Notes: a model not told the origin generated them from the sequence alone. A stretch of 51,883 nt of DNA from a virus (IMGVR_UViG_3300002026_000042:1-51883), one strand, 5' to 3'. Shown: positions 1 to 9,218, numbered from the stretch's first letter. Numbers and translations are program-made.

Positions 1-179
1 TAAGTTATACAAACCTATACTTGTTTTGTCCTATGAGAAACGGTAAGTTTCTCATCTTGAACACCACAAAATTCATAGCATCCAAGTTTTTACAAAGACC
101 ATGAAAACACTTCTTAATCAACACGGTTGATTTCAAACAAAATGTTCTCATAACACCATCAACCTATTTCGCAACCCCT
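1..179. repeat. 192-bp intergenic direct repeat, copy A (51793..51805 + 1..179 across the circular junction)
   Basis: 1..179 aligns base-for-base with 16925..17103, with substitutions only at 9, 92 and 100. Carries two perfect palindromes: ATGAGAAAC-ggtaa-GTTTCTCAT (33..55) and AATCAAC-acg-GTTGATT (116..132). Ends next to the stop codon of the upstream gene (182..184). Confidence 0.9.
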
Positions 180-181
180 GA

Positions 182-1258
182 TTACGGGGCAACGAATCCA
201 CCAGTCGAGCTGGACATCAAGCAAGGAGGCTGTGCGATGTTGTTGTAGCAACGACCGCCCATGCCCTTGAGGTTGAACGCACGGTTGGTGACATCATTCT
301 GTCCCTTGACGCCGTAGTCATCCGACTCGATAACCGCAGCGGGAACCTCGATGTACACGTCGTTCGCGGAACCAGCAATCGTCACGCGCAGCCAAGTGTT
401 CGCGGCATACAGATACGGGTTCAGCAGCGACCCCGTGCCGTTAGGCCCAAGGATCGGATCGAACACGCCCTCTGGATGATACAGCGTGACAGCCCCAGAC
501 ACGGACATCGCACCCATAAGCACTGCCGTCGGCAAACGATTGCCATTACAGGTGTAAAGGATCGTCTGGTTCTGGGTCACATCGACATTCCATTCCACCG
601 TCTCCATGCCCGTCTGGGGAACCACCCCGCCGTTGAACGGCTCTGTCCAAGTACCCGTGAGCAACTGGGCGTTCGTCTTCCAGTAAGGAATCGGATCCAC
701 GTTGTTGCCACCAGGGTTCAGGGGGTTGGTGGTATTGAAGATCGAGCAGTCCGCGCCGTTCACACCCGTCTTCTGACGGATATACGAGTAGGCATCATAC
801 CCACCCGTGCCACCAGCAGGATTGACTTCGTCACGGTAAATCGCCACAAGACCAAGGGACGCAGTGACGAACGAGTCCTGAGAGGTGGAAAGACCCAGAC
901 TCGTATTCCACGCGCCTTCAAGGTCATAGTTGACCCCATACGCCGCACTCGTCCTGTACTGGTACACACGCGCTCCATCAGGGCTGATATCGAAAGACCG
1001 CCCATACGCCCGCTCCGTGATGCACCACTTGACAATGAAATCCCAGATAGAACCGCCAGCCCCAAGCTGCAACTCGGTTTCAACAGAACCCTCATACCGA
1101 ACCGCATTGTCCGCATAATGAGCCGACTCGGCGGCATTATACCAACCCGCGCCCCACACCGCGTTCGAGAAGATCGGTTCAAGCTGCAAGTTGACACTAG
1201 ATCCCGTACAAAGCATCAGCATCGGCCCCACAGCAGGCCCATCTTGGTACATTCTCAC
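182..1258 (-). CDS. virion structural protein candidate (358-aa ORF; true start uncertain, see intron candidate)
   Basis: Long minus-strand ORF at the distal end of the gene array. Gly/Asn/Thr/Val-rich beta-type composition, no catalytic motif. The GTG at 1258 and ATG at 1252 lack the GGAGG-type SD seen on neighbouring genes (only AAGG about 11 nt upstream). Confidence 0.6.
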   Translation of the reverse strand: MRMYQDGPAVGPMLMLCTGSSVNLQLEPIFSNAVWGAGWYNAAESAHYADNAVRYEGSVETELQLGAGGSIWDFIVKWCITERAYGRSFDISPDGARVYQYRTSAAYGVNYDLEGAWNTSLGLSTSQDSFVTASLGLVAIYRDEVNPAGGTGGYDAYSYIRQKTGVNGADCSIFNTTNPLNPGGNNVDPIPYWKTNAQLLTGTWTEPFNGGVVPQTGMETVEWNVDVTQNQTILYTCNGNRLPTAVLMGAMSVSGAVTLYHPEGVFDPILGPNGTGSLLNPYLYAANTWLRVTIAGSANDVYIEVPAAVIESDDYGVKGQNDVTNRAFNLKGMGGRCYNNIAQPPCLMSSSTGGFVAP

Positions 1259-1531
1259 GAAGCCTTGATCACTCTGTTACTTCAGCCTTTCGGCCTAATG
1301 ACCATCTTTCAATGGCGGGTCAACCTCTTCGGATCAACCTCTCCCGCTTAATTCAAAAGATTATACGGGAGATCAGACTGTCGCTTACGAATAGATTTTA
1401 CTTGACCGGGAAAGCCTTTTCAAACCTGTTCGCCCCTACCACTCAGTCGTTCACGGTCCCTTTCGGGTTCCGCCCTGTCATCCATCACTGGACTTCCAAG
1501 TCAATCAGGTAAGGTGAGATGGGGCACATCT
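1258..1531 (-). ncRNA. candidate group I intron (alternatively a structured 5' leader)
   Basis: Non-coding gap of about 350 nt in an otherwise tightly packed genome. On the minus strand, exon-like AUGGGGU (1538..1532) pairs with GCCCCAU (1525..1519), ending in a U-G wobble at the putative 5' splice site (P1-like). GUGAACGACUGAG (1454..1442) resembles the group I R element and AAGCGACAGUC (1386..1376) the S element, with complementary GACUG/CAGUC (P7-like). Further hairpins: CGG-AA-CCC-GAAA-GGG-A-CCG, GGCC-GAAA-GGCU, UCCA-GUGA-UGGA and UCUCCCG...CGGGAGA. In-frame G residues at 1270, 1264 and 1258 could serve as the terminal G. Confidence 0.4.
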
Positions 1532-1557
1532 ACCCCATTCCCATAATAACACCTCCT
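1530..1557 (-). promoter_or_regulatory. strong SD + ATG opening only a 4-codon ORF (MGMG-stop): putative exon 1 or leader mini-ORF
   Basis: AGGAGG (1557..1552), a 7-nt spacer, then ATG GGA ATG GGG TAG (1544..1530). This is the best ribosome-binding context in the 1259..1608 gap, yet it leads to a stop after 4 codons unless spliced. Confidence 0.45.
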
Positions 1558-1608
1558 ATTTATTCCGCCGTACTAGAGAATGGGATCAGCCCACCTCCCA
1601 CTTCAACA

Positions 1609-2403
1609 CTAAAGCACAATCTGTCTTTCCTTCTTATTCCAGACCGTCAACACATCTCCAACCGTTCCGTCAGCCACGCCCGTGTACTCAACCCCGATCA
1701 AATCTAAGAAACGGTCATTCGCCGTCCCCACGTCAATCAGGCTACCATCAGGCGTACCACCAGCAATAACCATATCCACACTATGTGTGGTATTATTTAA
1801 TTTTTTTACACGTAGCGTTATTGACAGATCCGCAGCCCCGAAACTGTCCACTCGAATCTGCAACTGCGTCCCCGCATAATGTGAACCGTCAGCAGGGGTA
1901 TTCAAGTCCCCATCCCCATAGTTGACCCCGTCCATGAACATCAGCACAAGCCCTGCGTCGACCTCTACCGTCCCGAACAGATCAGCAGACTCTGAAAACA
2001 CGTTGGGTGCCATCATGTACCTACTCGTGATCGCCTTGTGAACCTGCGCAAAATAATAACTGACCCGAACATCATGTGCTTGCAGGTACCCATCCCACCC
2101 GCCGGACTGAAGCGATGCCCCGTTCTGATCCTTGCGAGCGAAGTGGGCAATCATCCCCCAGACGACACCAGACATCAAGGTCCCATTCTTCGCGATACTT
2201 CCAGCATCAAAATCAGAGTCAAGATTAACACTAGGAGATAGTAAGGGAATCTCGACATCAGCGTCATCTGTCCCCGTAACAACATCTGCATAATACCCAC
2301 TCCACTGCTGCTTCGCAGCGTCCGCCGCGTCTTTCAACAACTTGAACTGATAGGCCATCCTGTCTGCAATCCTCAACAACACGTTTGAAGCAATCAAAGC
2401 CAC
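1609..2403 (-). CDS. hypothetical protein (264 aa), probable virion-module protein
   Basis: GTG start at 2403 with GGAGG (2415..2411) 7 nt upstream. No recognisable motif. Confidence 0.65.
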   Translation of the reverse strand: MALIASNVLLRIADRMAYQFKLLKDAADAAKQQWSGYYADVVTGTDDADVEIPLLSPSVNLDSDFDAGSIAKNGTLMSGVVWGMIAHFARKDQNGASLQSGGWDGYLQAHDVRVSYYFAQVHKAITSRYMMAPNVFSESADLFGTVEVDAGLVLMFMDGVNYGDGDLNTPADGSHYAGTQLQIRVDSFGAADLSITLRVKKLNNTTHSVDMVIAGGTPDGSLIDVGTANDRFLDLIGVEYTGVADGTVGDVLTVWNKKERQIVL

Positions 2404-2693
2404 GGCTTTACCTCCGCCAAATATAGATCACATTTCTTTATCATCTCCTCAACCACAGCACGGGTCTTGCTTGCGTGCATCCCGACCACCTCTGCGTAGT
2501 CTCCAGCATTCCGCCTCAATATGCGCTCGTCCTGCTCCGTCTGCCGACTGCGCAGCTTGACCCCCGTCCTGTAGACATTGATCGTCGCCTGCTTTGCCCC
2601 CTCAAGGTATCTCACAATATCCTCAAAGTCGCCGAATATGTCAGCGTCTAATACAGCAGGAATATCGTCCACCGCTACCATTGACCTACTCAT
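2394..2693 (-). CDS. hypothetical protein (99 aa)
   Basis: ATG at 2693 lies 4 nt after AAGGAG (2703..2698) and overlaps the end of the upstream ORF. The longer ORF-track start at 2738 would overlap by 53 nt. Confidence 0.55.
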   Translation of the reverse strand: MSRSMVAVDDIPAVLDADIFGDFEDIVRYLEGAKQATINVYRTGVKLRSRQTEQDERILRRNAGDYAEVVGMHASKTRAVVEEMIKKCDLYLAEVKPWL

Positions 2694-2922
2694 ACAACTC
2701 CTTAGAGACCTTTGCCGCTTCCCGCTCCAGATCAACACAAGCAGCCCGTGCCTTGATAAGCCCAGCCTTCATCTTGGTGAATGCCTGATGCCCCTTGCGG
2801 GCATTCGCATTGACGTCAAGCTCAAGCATCGCCGTACGATGATCCCTGTACGGCTGCGCCAGCCACCCGTGAATATACCCTATGTTTCTGGCTAACTGCC
2901 GAGCCATGTCTTCCAAAATCAT
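2686..2922 (-). CDS. hypothetical protein (78 aa)
   Basis: ATG at 2922 preceded by AAGGGGTGG. N-terminus MILEDMARQLARNIGY is an amphipathic helix. Confidence 0.55.
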   Translation of the reverse strand: MILEDMARQLARNIGYIHGWLAQPYRDHRTAMLELDVNANARKGHQAFTKMKAGLIKARAACVDLEREAAKVSKELYE

Positions 2923-2965
2923 TTTAACCACCCCTTATACTGTGCGAAGATTATCAAATAATCCG

Positions 2966-3502
2966 TCACGGCGCAACAACAACAGGACGCAGTACCGTCG
3001 GCAACACGGGATCACCGATCCTGAATGCGCTATCAGGGAACGGTTCATGCACCACCACATACCAGTTGAACTCCGCCGCCCGCATCGTACCGTCCTTGAC
3101 CGCCCCATAGGTCACGTCATCAACAAAGCTGTTCAGCATATATGTGTCATGCTGCCCCCCGTAGGCATCCCACTTCGTCTCATTCAATATCTTCAGTTGC
3201 AGGTTCTCGGGACTGTTCATAATCGCCGTGATTGTTGTCGCCAGCGTACAGATATACTCCGCCCCATACTTCTCGTTGTCATTCCGAACCGTAAGCGTAC
3301 ACCTGAATGTGTACCGTGGCCGCTGCGCCCGCGTCGTCGCCCACTCATTCGATCCCGACTGTGGCTCCACCTCGAACGACGGATAAGCAGACAAAGGCAA
3401 GGTTGTCCTCATGCCCTCAAATAAGTTCAGGCACTTGGACTCCTCGTACTCCCGAAGCACCTTGTTGATCAATGGGGATTTCGTTTCCAACAGCGCAAGC
3501 AA
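2966..3502 (-). CDS. hypothetical protein (178 aa), possible head-closure/tail-completion protein
   Basis: Size and position beside a connector-like gene. No firm motif. Confidence 0.5.
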   Translation of the reverse strand: MLALLETKSPLINKVLREYEESKCLNLFEGMRTTLPLSAYPSFEVEPQSGSNEWATTRAQRPRYTFRCTLTVRNDNEKYGAEYICTLATTITAIMNSPENLQLKILNETKWDAYGGQHDTYMLNSFVDDVTYGAVKDGTMRAAEFNWYVVVHEPFPDSAFRIGDPVLPTVLRPVVVAP

Positions 3503-3518
3503 GGTCTTGATGATATTG

Positions 3519-3842
3519 CTAGGATTGGTTTGAATAATCGACCTCCAGCTTATTCCTCCGCGCCAGCTTCTTGACCAACGCCTCCATCTCCCTGATCATC
3601 GACTCCACCGCCTCATGCTCCGACAATGCCACGGTCAGCTTGACCCGATCCGCATGATCCTCCTTTACCAGCTTCGTCTGCACCCCCTCATTGTGCCTGT
3701 ACCGATCCAGCAAGTCCTCCATCTCTGAAATCATCTTGCGCAAAGCCCTGTCGGCATCATTGGAATCTGGACGATCAATCGTGAAAGACTCCTTCGCCGC
3801 CCACTCCCCCGCAACCCGCATTGCTAACGCTCTCTCATTCAT
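3519..3842 (-). CDS. hypothetical protein (107 aa) with leader-like N-terminus
   Basis: ATG at 3842 lies just after the stop of the upstream ORF (3847). N-terminus MNERALAMRVAGEWAAK resembles the shared leader motif. Coiled-coil-like remainder. Confidence 0.55.
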   Translation of the reverse strand: MNERALAMRVAGEWAAKESFTIDRPDSNDADRALRKMISEMEDLLDRYRHNEGVQTKLVKEDHADRVKLTVALSEHEAVESMIREMEALVKKLARRNKLEVDYSNQS

Positions 3843-3846
3843 CGCG

Positions 3847-4335
3847 CTATATCTCCTGCTCAGGCCACGCAGCAGGTTGAAGAGCTGGTGGCATTGTGCG
3901 ACTGACATTAGACTTGATGTCCTGACCATACATCCGATGGTCAAACTTGCGCAAGCTGAATATCTGACGCTTGGCCGTCTCCATGTACGTCTGCATCTGC
4001 TCCGTCATGTTCTGCGACAACTGCTGGAACTCGCTCATCAGCAACAGCCCCGCCGTCCAGTAAAGCGCAGCGTGCCGCAGGTCGCCGGGAAACACACGCA
4101 CGGTTTGACCATTAGGCATGACTTTGTTCATCGCCCTGATCGGGGTATGATACACCTCCCCCAGTATCCCGTCAATGTACCTATCCACCCGTTCCTGATA
4201 CCGATTAACCATCATCTGGTCTATCTTTGCCATCTTGCCAGCATCAATGTTCAGAACAGACAGCACGTCGCGTAGCTCTCCCCAGTCCCCTGAATAGTAG
4301 CTCTCGCCTGTTGTCGGTGATAGGTCAGCCATCAT
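3847..4335 (-). CDS. head-tail connector-like protein (Mu gp36/DUF1320-like pattern)
   Basis: 162 aa. The pattern ...RVDRYIDGILGEVYHTPI...GDLRHAALYWTAGLLLMSEF... resembles head-tail connector families. Motif-level call only. Confidence 0.35.
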   Translation of the reverse strand: MMADLSPTTGESYYSGDWGELRDVLSVLNIDAGKMAKIDQMMVNRYQERVDRYIDGILGEVYHTPIRAMNKVMPNGQTVRVFPGDLRHAALYWTAGLLLMSEFQQLSQNMTEQMQTYMETAKRQIFSLRKFDHRMYGQDIKSNVSRTMPPALQPAAWPEQEI

Positions 4336-4586
4336 CCCCTCCTAATGTTGATCCCGATCACCTTGTCGGCGATACGCGACACCGTAGCCTCTGGAATCGC
4401 CGCACGTATCCTGCGCCCCATGACTTCAGCATCTTCCCCCACGGCAACCGCCTCGTAGCGACCATCAGACACAGACGCCTTGCCAGCACTACGCAGTGCC
4501 TTGTTGACCGCGATCATTGTCGCCGCCCGATGCAGCAACGATCCGATCCTCGCAACCTCAACGTCTATGCCCTTGTCGCTTTTCAT
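4332..4586 (-). CDS. hypothetical protein (84 aa)
   Basis: Minus-strand ORF whose stop overlaps the downstream start by 4 nt. Confidence 0.5.
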   Translation of the reverse strand: MKSDKGIDVEVARIGSLLHRAATMIAVNKALRSAGKASVSDGRYEAVAVGEDAEVMGRRIRAAIPEATVSRIADKVIGINIRRG

Positions 4587-4596
4587 AGCTTACCGC

Positions 4597-5028
4597 CTAG
4601 TACACGCCCATGTCCATGTCGTATGTTTCCCAGACATCACGTCCCGCGCCGATGCGTCCAGTCGCATTCGCCCTCACCATTACGCTTATCTCCGTTGGCC
4701 GCTGCTTGTCGTTCACGAACCGAACGACATACTTCCATTCCTTATGATCATTGGGAGAGTTTTTGCCGCCGTTCTCTTTAAGAATCCGCTGCCACTCTTC
4801 GCTTGCCCAATACCTCGACGCCCCGACCTGCTCCCAGTCCCAGCCCATAGAATCGAATGCCTTGACCATGTTGCTGACAGGAACCCACGCCTCGTCATGG
4901 AACAGCCCATTCGTCACCCGACCAACTAGATCGGAAACGACCTTGCGAGCCTTGGCATTGCTAAGTCCGTCCAATGTGCTTTCCAAAGCACCAGCCACTT
5001 TCATAATCTCACTCACAATTTTGTTCAT
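4597..5028 (-). CDS. hypothetical protein (143 aa) with shared N-terminal leader
   Basis: ATG at 5028 preceded by GGGGGTG, placed after the stop (5042) of the upstream ORF. Starts MNKIVSEIMKVAGALEST. Confidence 0.6.
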   Translation of the reverse strand: MNKIVSEIMKVAGALESTLDGLSNAKARKVVSDLVGRVTNGLFHDEAWVPVSNMVKAFDSMGWDWEQVGASRYWASEEWQRILKENGGKNSPNDHKEWKYVVRFVNDKQRPTEISVMVRANATGRIGAGRDVWETYDMDMGVY

Positions 5029-5041
5029 AAAAACACCCCCA

Positions 5042-5662
5042 TCAATGACCATACCCGCTTGCTGTCTGCTCCGCTGGATTCCCGTCCCACTTGCTTGCCC
5101 ACTCATTGCTTGAAATCTTGACAGACCCACTCGGGCTGACCCGCTTTACAACCGCCTGCTCATGCCGATTGAAAGAGTCGGGAATAGGAACCACGCGAAC
5201 CACCCCATACGCAGTATCGCTAACGACCTTCTTGTTTAGGCTGCGAACCTTAACGCTCTTGTCTGTCACTGCCAGCACCTGATAAAAGCTCGCGTTTGTC
5301 TGATCATATCCCCAGCTAGACTCTAGAATGTCCCCTACAACCAGACTATGCTTGTAGTCAACACGGGTCTGCTTGCTTTCGTTCTTAACCTGCGCCTTCT
5401 TCTTGGCATTATCCACAGCGATCTCCACGAGCCGATCAAAGCGGGAACGGTCATTAAACCGATAGTACCAATCGGGCTTTGACTTCTTGCCCGAGAACAG
5501 CATCCCTACTGGCTTCCCGTTTGACCCGTTCGCCTTGTACAAGGCGACAATCCCGTACTCTGGGTATTCCACCCGCTCCGCGTCGTCCCCCATCTTCTGC
5601 TCGTACGCCGAACGCCCTGGGACGATCAACGCTGCCACCTTCAGAATCTCCCTGGCTATCAT
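5042..5662 (-). CDS. hypothetical protein (206 aa) with leader-like N-terminus
   Basis: ATG at 5662 preceded by CAGGAGGG. Starts MIAREILKVAALIVPG. Confidence 0.6.
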   Translation of the reverse strand: MIAREILKVAALIVPGRSAYEQKMGDDAERVEYPEYGIVALYKANGSNGKPVGMLFSGKKSKPDWYYRFNDRSRFDRLVEIAVDNAKKKAQVKNESKQTRVDYKHSLVVGDILESSWGYDQTNASFYQVLAVTDKSVKVRSLNKKVVSDTAYGVVRVVPIPDSFNRHEQAVVKRVSPSGSVKISSNEWASKWDGNPAEQTASGYGH

Positions 5663-5718
5663 AATCTTAACCCTCCTGACCCCCTATCACCATCAGGCAA
5701 CAAGTTTATACAAGAATA

Positions 5719-6528
5719 CTAAATAAAACGTGTCGGCTTCCAGCCCCTCAACCTGCCACTAAGGAACGGGATGCCGTGCCGACCTCGCGCCCCGCCAACA
5801 CCCCTGATGGCATCATAATAAGCAACCGTAGGATAAGCAAGGTAGTTGCCCGTCTTGAACTTCTCGTTCTGCATCGCCTCCCTCGCCCTGCTTTCAGCAT
5901 TTTCCTTCAGCGTCGTAATCTGATTGACGATATCCCCTCCAGACCCCTCGTACACCTCCTGCGGCCCCGTGGCAAACACAAGACGATAACGCCACAGGTC
6001 ATAGTCAAGCAGCAGCTTCTCCATGCACATCGCAAAAGCCGCATCAAGCACCACACCCTCCCAGTTGCGCGGGAAGTTGTCTATCGTGTAATCCGTGGGT
6101 GGCCCGACCGCAGTCATGTTGACAATAGACAACGCAGCCGTCAGGAACCCCTCCTGTATCGGCGTAGGGAAGTAATCGAACCAGTAGGTCGCCTCCACCA
6201 CATCCCTCGGCCTCCCGTCCAGCCCGACGTCAACAGTACCGACGGAGAACGTACCCTCGGAATAGCTTATCACTGTCACGTCAGACGCGTGCGGCCCGCT
6301 CGTCAGTACAGCCCCGTTCTTGCGCACAACCAGCGGGGCATCCTCCAGCCAGTTCATGTAGGTACAGTTCCACGTCGCCCTGTCTGGCCGCAGCTCGGCA
6401 AGCTCATCGTGGATGCGAATCTGCCTGAACGACATCAGCTTCGGGGTCATCATGGTGTCAATCAAGTGATTGAACCGATCCGTTGACGCCACTGCCGTTT
6501 TGATGTATGTGCCTGGGAAAACGCTCAT
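5719..6528 (-). CDS. hypothetical protein (269 aa)
   Basis: Long minus-strand ORF. Its start overlaps the upstream stop (6525..6528). No recognisable motif. Confidence 0.6.
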   Translation of the reverse strand: MSVFPGTYIKTAVASTDRFNHLIDTMMTPKLMSFRQIRIHDELAELRPDRATWNCTYMNWLEDAPLVVRKNGAVLTSGPHASDVTVISYSEGTFSVGTVDVGLDGRPRDVVEATYWFDYFPTPIQEGFLTAALSIVNMTAVGPPTDYTIDNFPRNWEGVVLDAAFAMCMEKLLLDYDLWRYRLVFATGPQEVYEGSGGDIVNQITTLKENAESRAREAMQNEKFKTGNYLAYPTVAYYDAIRGVGGARGRHGIPFLSGRLRGWKPTRFI

Positions 6529-6890
6529 TCCATACCCCCTAGCAGATCATCCATCTCACGCATCACGTCAAGCACCGACACCCCGCCCCGCTCCGTCTCC
6601 TTCAGCCCAACCACGTTAGATGCAACCTTTGTCTGCCCAAGGAACGCCTCGAAGTTGAACAGCACCTTGACGTTCTTGTTCCGAACCAGAATGTCCTCCA
6701 GCGAATCATCAAGCCCGCCGTTGGCAAGGAAGTTGACAACAACGCGGGGATCAACATACGACCCTATCGTGGTCGCCACATCCGAATGGCTTAACGCCTC
6801 CTGCGCCTTGCCCATCACGGTCTTCATGCGCAGTTGAGGCATGGCCTCCAACCGCCGAACAGCCGTAATCAATGTTGCCGAAACCTTCAT
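6525..6890 (-). CDS. hypothetical protein (121 aa)
   Basis: ATG at 6890 preceded by AAGGGGTG. First gene after the terminator at 6932..6956. Confidence 0.6.
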   Translation of the reverse strand: MKVSATLITAVRRLEAMPQLRMKTVMGKAQEALSHSDVATTIGSYVDPRVVVNFLANGGLDDSLEDILVRNKNVKVLFNFEAFLGQTKVASNVVGLKETERGGVSVLDVMREMDDLLGGME

Positions 6891-6931
6891 TAAACACCCC
6901 TTATGAATAATGAATCAAATATCAAACTTTA

Positions 6932-6956
6932 TGAAAAAGAAGGCTGGAGCAGCCTG
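6932..6956 (-). terminator. rho-independent terminator
   Basis: Minus strand reads AGGCTG-ctc-CAGCCT followed by TTCTTTTTCAT. Lies in the 118-bp gap after the 7009..7278 gene. Confidence 0.6.
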
Positions 6957-7008
6957 CGCCACCCCAGCCCACCCGTCGCCGCCCTATTGCTAGGGAGATT
7001 CCTTTAAG

Positions 7009-7278
7009 CTAGGTGTACACCATCGCCTTTAATGATTTCAGATTGTCAACGAACTTGCGAGCCTTGACGCTACCAGTACCCCCGAAGTACAGAGCCTTTG
7101 CCTTGTTCAGGTCGCTGTCTGCGACACGAAGAACGAACACGACGCGAGCAGAACTTCCCGTACCTGTCCTTTCAGATCCGTGCAACGGAAAATCTAGCGC
7201 AACAAGATACGCACAAAAGTAGATATCCGAGGTGCGATACAGCGGAACTACCATTTCGTTATTCGTGTTGACACTCAT
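7009..7278 (-). CDS. DUF5659-like small protein (89 aa)
   Basis: The pattern YRTSDIYFCAYLVALDFPL...VVFVL...KALYFGG...ARKFVDNLKSLKAMV resembles the DUF5659 family as I recall it. Not searched. Confidence 0.4.
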   Translation of the reverse strand: MSVNTNNEMVVPLYRTSDIYFCAYLVALDFPLHGSERTGTGSSARVVFVLRVADSDLNKAKALYFGGTGSVKARKFVDNLKSLKAMVYT

Positions 7279-7283
7279 TGTGA

Positions 7284-7565
7284 TTAAACCTCCCGAACAT
7301 CACCGCCTCCGTGATCATAGGCAACGGTACGAACTGGGGCTTTGCGCCCCTTCATCCGATAAGCAGCCTCTTCGTTCTTCGCCTTCTGCTGCTCCCCGAA
7401 CGATGACGGGCGACGCACGCCGCTGACAACAATGCCAGTCGCCATGTACACCCGCTTGCAGTCACCGCCACAGTTCTCGCACTTGACATCCGTAGGGGGC
7501 TTGCCGATAGGGGCAATCCGATCCTGATGCTTTTTACACTTTGAACACACGAAAGGGAATAACAT
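7284..7565 (-). CDS. FmdB-type zinc-ribbon protein (93 aa)
   Basis: FVCSKCKKH...17 aa...CENCGGDCKRVY: two CxxC pairs in the arrangement typical of FmdB-family zinc ribbons. Confidence 0.55.
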   Translation of the reverse strand: MLFPFVCSKCKKHQDRIAPIGKPPTDVKCENCGGDCKRVYMATGIVVSGVRRPSSFGEQQKAKNEEAAYRMKGRKAPVRTVAYDHGGGDVREV

Positions 7566-7568
7566 CTC

Positions 7569-8360
7569 CTACTCCCCCTTCCCCGACTCAAGCGCAGCGA
7601 GGCGAGCTTTCAGCGCAGCGATCTCTGCGTCCTTGTCAGCAGCGGGAGTTGCCTTGGGTTTAGGGCCGGGTTTAGCAGCACCCTCGGTGCGTTTGCTCCC
7701 CGGCTTAGGCCCGGGCTTCCGCTTCGAGCTCTCCGCCGATGCGACCCGCGCAGCCCCCTCCTTCGGCCCGAACTGTTGCCCCGCGTTGCGCGATACCGTC
7801 TTTTCACCAACCGCCATGCCAAGACTATCATCATGGACAATCGGCATCTTTGCCTTGTTCGTCTCCTTGAGCCGAGCCCGTTCAGCAAGCGATGCAATAT
7901 CATTCTTCTTGTTAAGCTCCGCGATACGCTCCTCCACAGACTCGTCCCCGCGAATGATCTCCAGCTTGTGCCCCTCCGCCTTCTTACCTACCCGCGCCCG
8001 ATCCACAGCCGCCTGCTTGTTCTTGCCTATCTGCGTATCCTTGCAATCCACAGGCTCCATCAGATCCTCGTCGCAGTGGATGACTTTCATCTTCTCCGTT
8101 GCCCGCACAATCTTCTTTGCAGCACTCGCAGCCTGAATATCCCCAGCGATCTTCTCTGCAAGCTCCTTGTCGTAAGGAACCGATATGGGATTGGACTCAT
8201 ACCGACGATTCGCCATCTTCATGTGATCGTACTTTATCGTCCCTTTGTATTCCGTCCCGTTGATTAGCACCATGCCATCATTCACCTCTATCACCGACCC
8301 CCGATTAACCCCGACCCCGTCTAACGCCGCCTGCCGAACCACCAGCCACTTCTCACTCAT
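7569..8360 (-). CDS. hypothetical protein (263 aa), Lys/Pro-rich basic C-terminus
   Basis: Long ORF. C-terminal KRKPGPKPGSKRTEGAAKPGPKPK low-complexity tail followed by a coiled-coil segment. Confidence 0.6.
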   Translation of the reverse strand: MSEKWLVVRQAALDGVGVNRGSVIEVNDGMVLINGTEYKGTIKYDHMKMANRRYESNPISVPYDKELAEKIAGDIQAASAAKKIVRATEKMKVIHCDEDLMEPVDCKDTQIGKNKQAAVDRARVGKKAEGHKLEIIRGDESVEERIAELNKKNDIASLAERARLKETNKAKMPIVHDDSLGMAVGEKTVSRNAGQQFGPKEGAARVASAESSKRKPGPKPGSKRTEGAAKPGPKPKATPAADKDAEIAALKARLAALESGKGE

Positions 8361-8462
8361 CCCGTCCTCCTTGTTTTCATATTACCCACTACATAGTGGA
8401 AAAGCCAAAACGAAACTGCTACGGCTGGACGCCCAGCCATAGCATCACCGACAAACCACCAA

Positions 8463-8855
8463 CTACTCACTCCCGATAACCGAGCCGAAGGTAGGCCCGA
8501 TGCCCAGACGATACTTCTGGCCTGAATCACCTACGTTTTCAACAAGACCTTGTACAAGTAATTTCTCCGCAGCCGTAAGCGGAATCTTGCGGATGTCACG
8601 GGATATAACCTCAAGCATCTTCCAGACGATGTTTAAGGGTTCATCGCTGACATACCCTTTGTATCCGCTTGCAACGGCAAGCGACGCAAACTTAGGGGCA
8701 AGCCAAGGTCTGGTTCCAGTATTGGTATTCGCATTCCAGAACTGTCCTATCGCTGCAATAACGCCACCACCACCCGATGTGGTCAAGCGAGCGTTGCGTG
8801 AAATGTTCCGAAGCATCCGACTGTACTGCCAATTGTCAACAAGATCCCATCCCAT
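8463..8855 (-). CDS. hypothetical protein (130 aa)
   Basis: Minus-strand ORF with a Gly-rich hydrophobic stretch (GGGGVIAAIGQFW). Function unknown. Confidence 0.5.
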   Translation of the reverse strand: MGWDLVDNWQYSRMLRNISRNARLTTSGGGGVIAAIGQFWNANTNTGTRPWLAPKFASLAVASGYKGYVSDEPLNIVWKMLEVISRDIRKIPLTAAEKLLVQGLVENVGDSGQKYRLGIGPTFGSVIGSE

Positions 8856-8906
8856 AATAACACCCCGTTCTTAGATATTTCCAATCAACACCGCGCTTGC
8901 TTCCGA

Positions 8907-9167
8907 TTACTGCTTGGCCGCGTTCAACAGAACGTCAATCAACGCCTCGACCTTGTCGCTCGTCTTGATGACACCCTCCACACCCAACTGACGCAGGGTC
9001 TTGGACTTCTTGTTCACCAGCTTGGGAAGCATCGCCCGCAGGTCTTTGATCTTGCTGGCAAACGCAGCATCAATCTCCGCCCCCGCCGCATCGCCCTCAG
9101 CCGCAGCAATGGTCTTGGCAACCCGAATCAGCATCTGACTCGCAATCTTATCATTCATCTTGATCAT
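8907..9167 (-). CDS. hypothetical protein (86 aa) with leader-like N-terminus
   Basis: ATG at 9167 lies 5 nt after GGAGGGTG. Sequence MIKMNDKIASQMLIRVAKTIAAAEG matches the shared leader motif. Confidence 0.55.
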   Translation of the reverse strand: MIKMNDKIASQMLIRVAKTIAAAEGDAAGAEIDAAFASKIKDLRAMLPKLVNKKSKTLRQLGVEGVIKTSDKVEALIDVLLNAAKQ

Positions 9168-9218
9168 TTCAGCACCCTCCACGTTTCACACCCACCCGTT
9201 AAACCAAATCCAGAAAAA

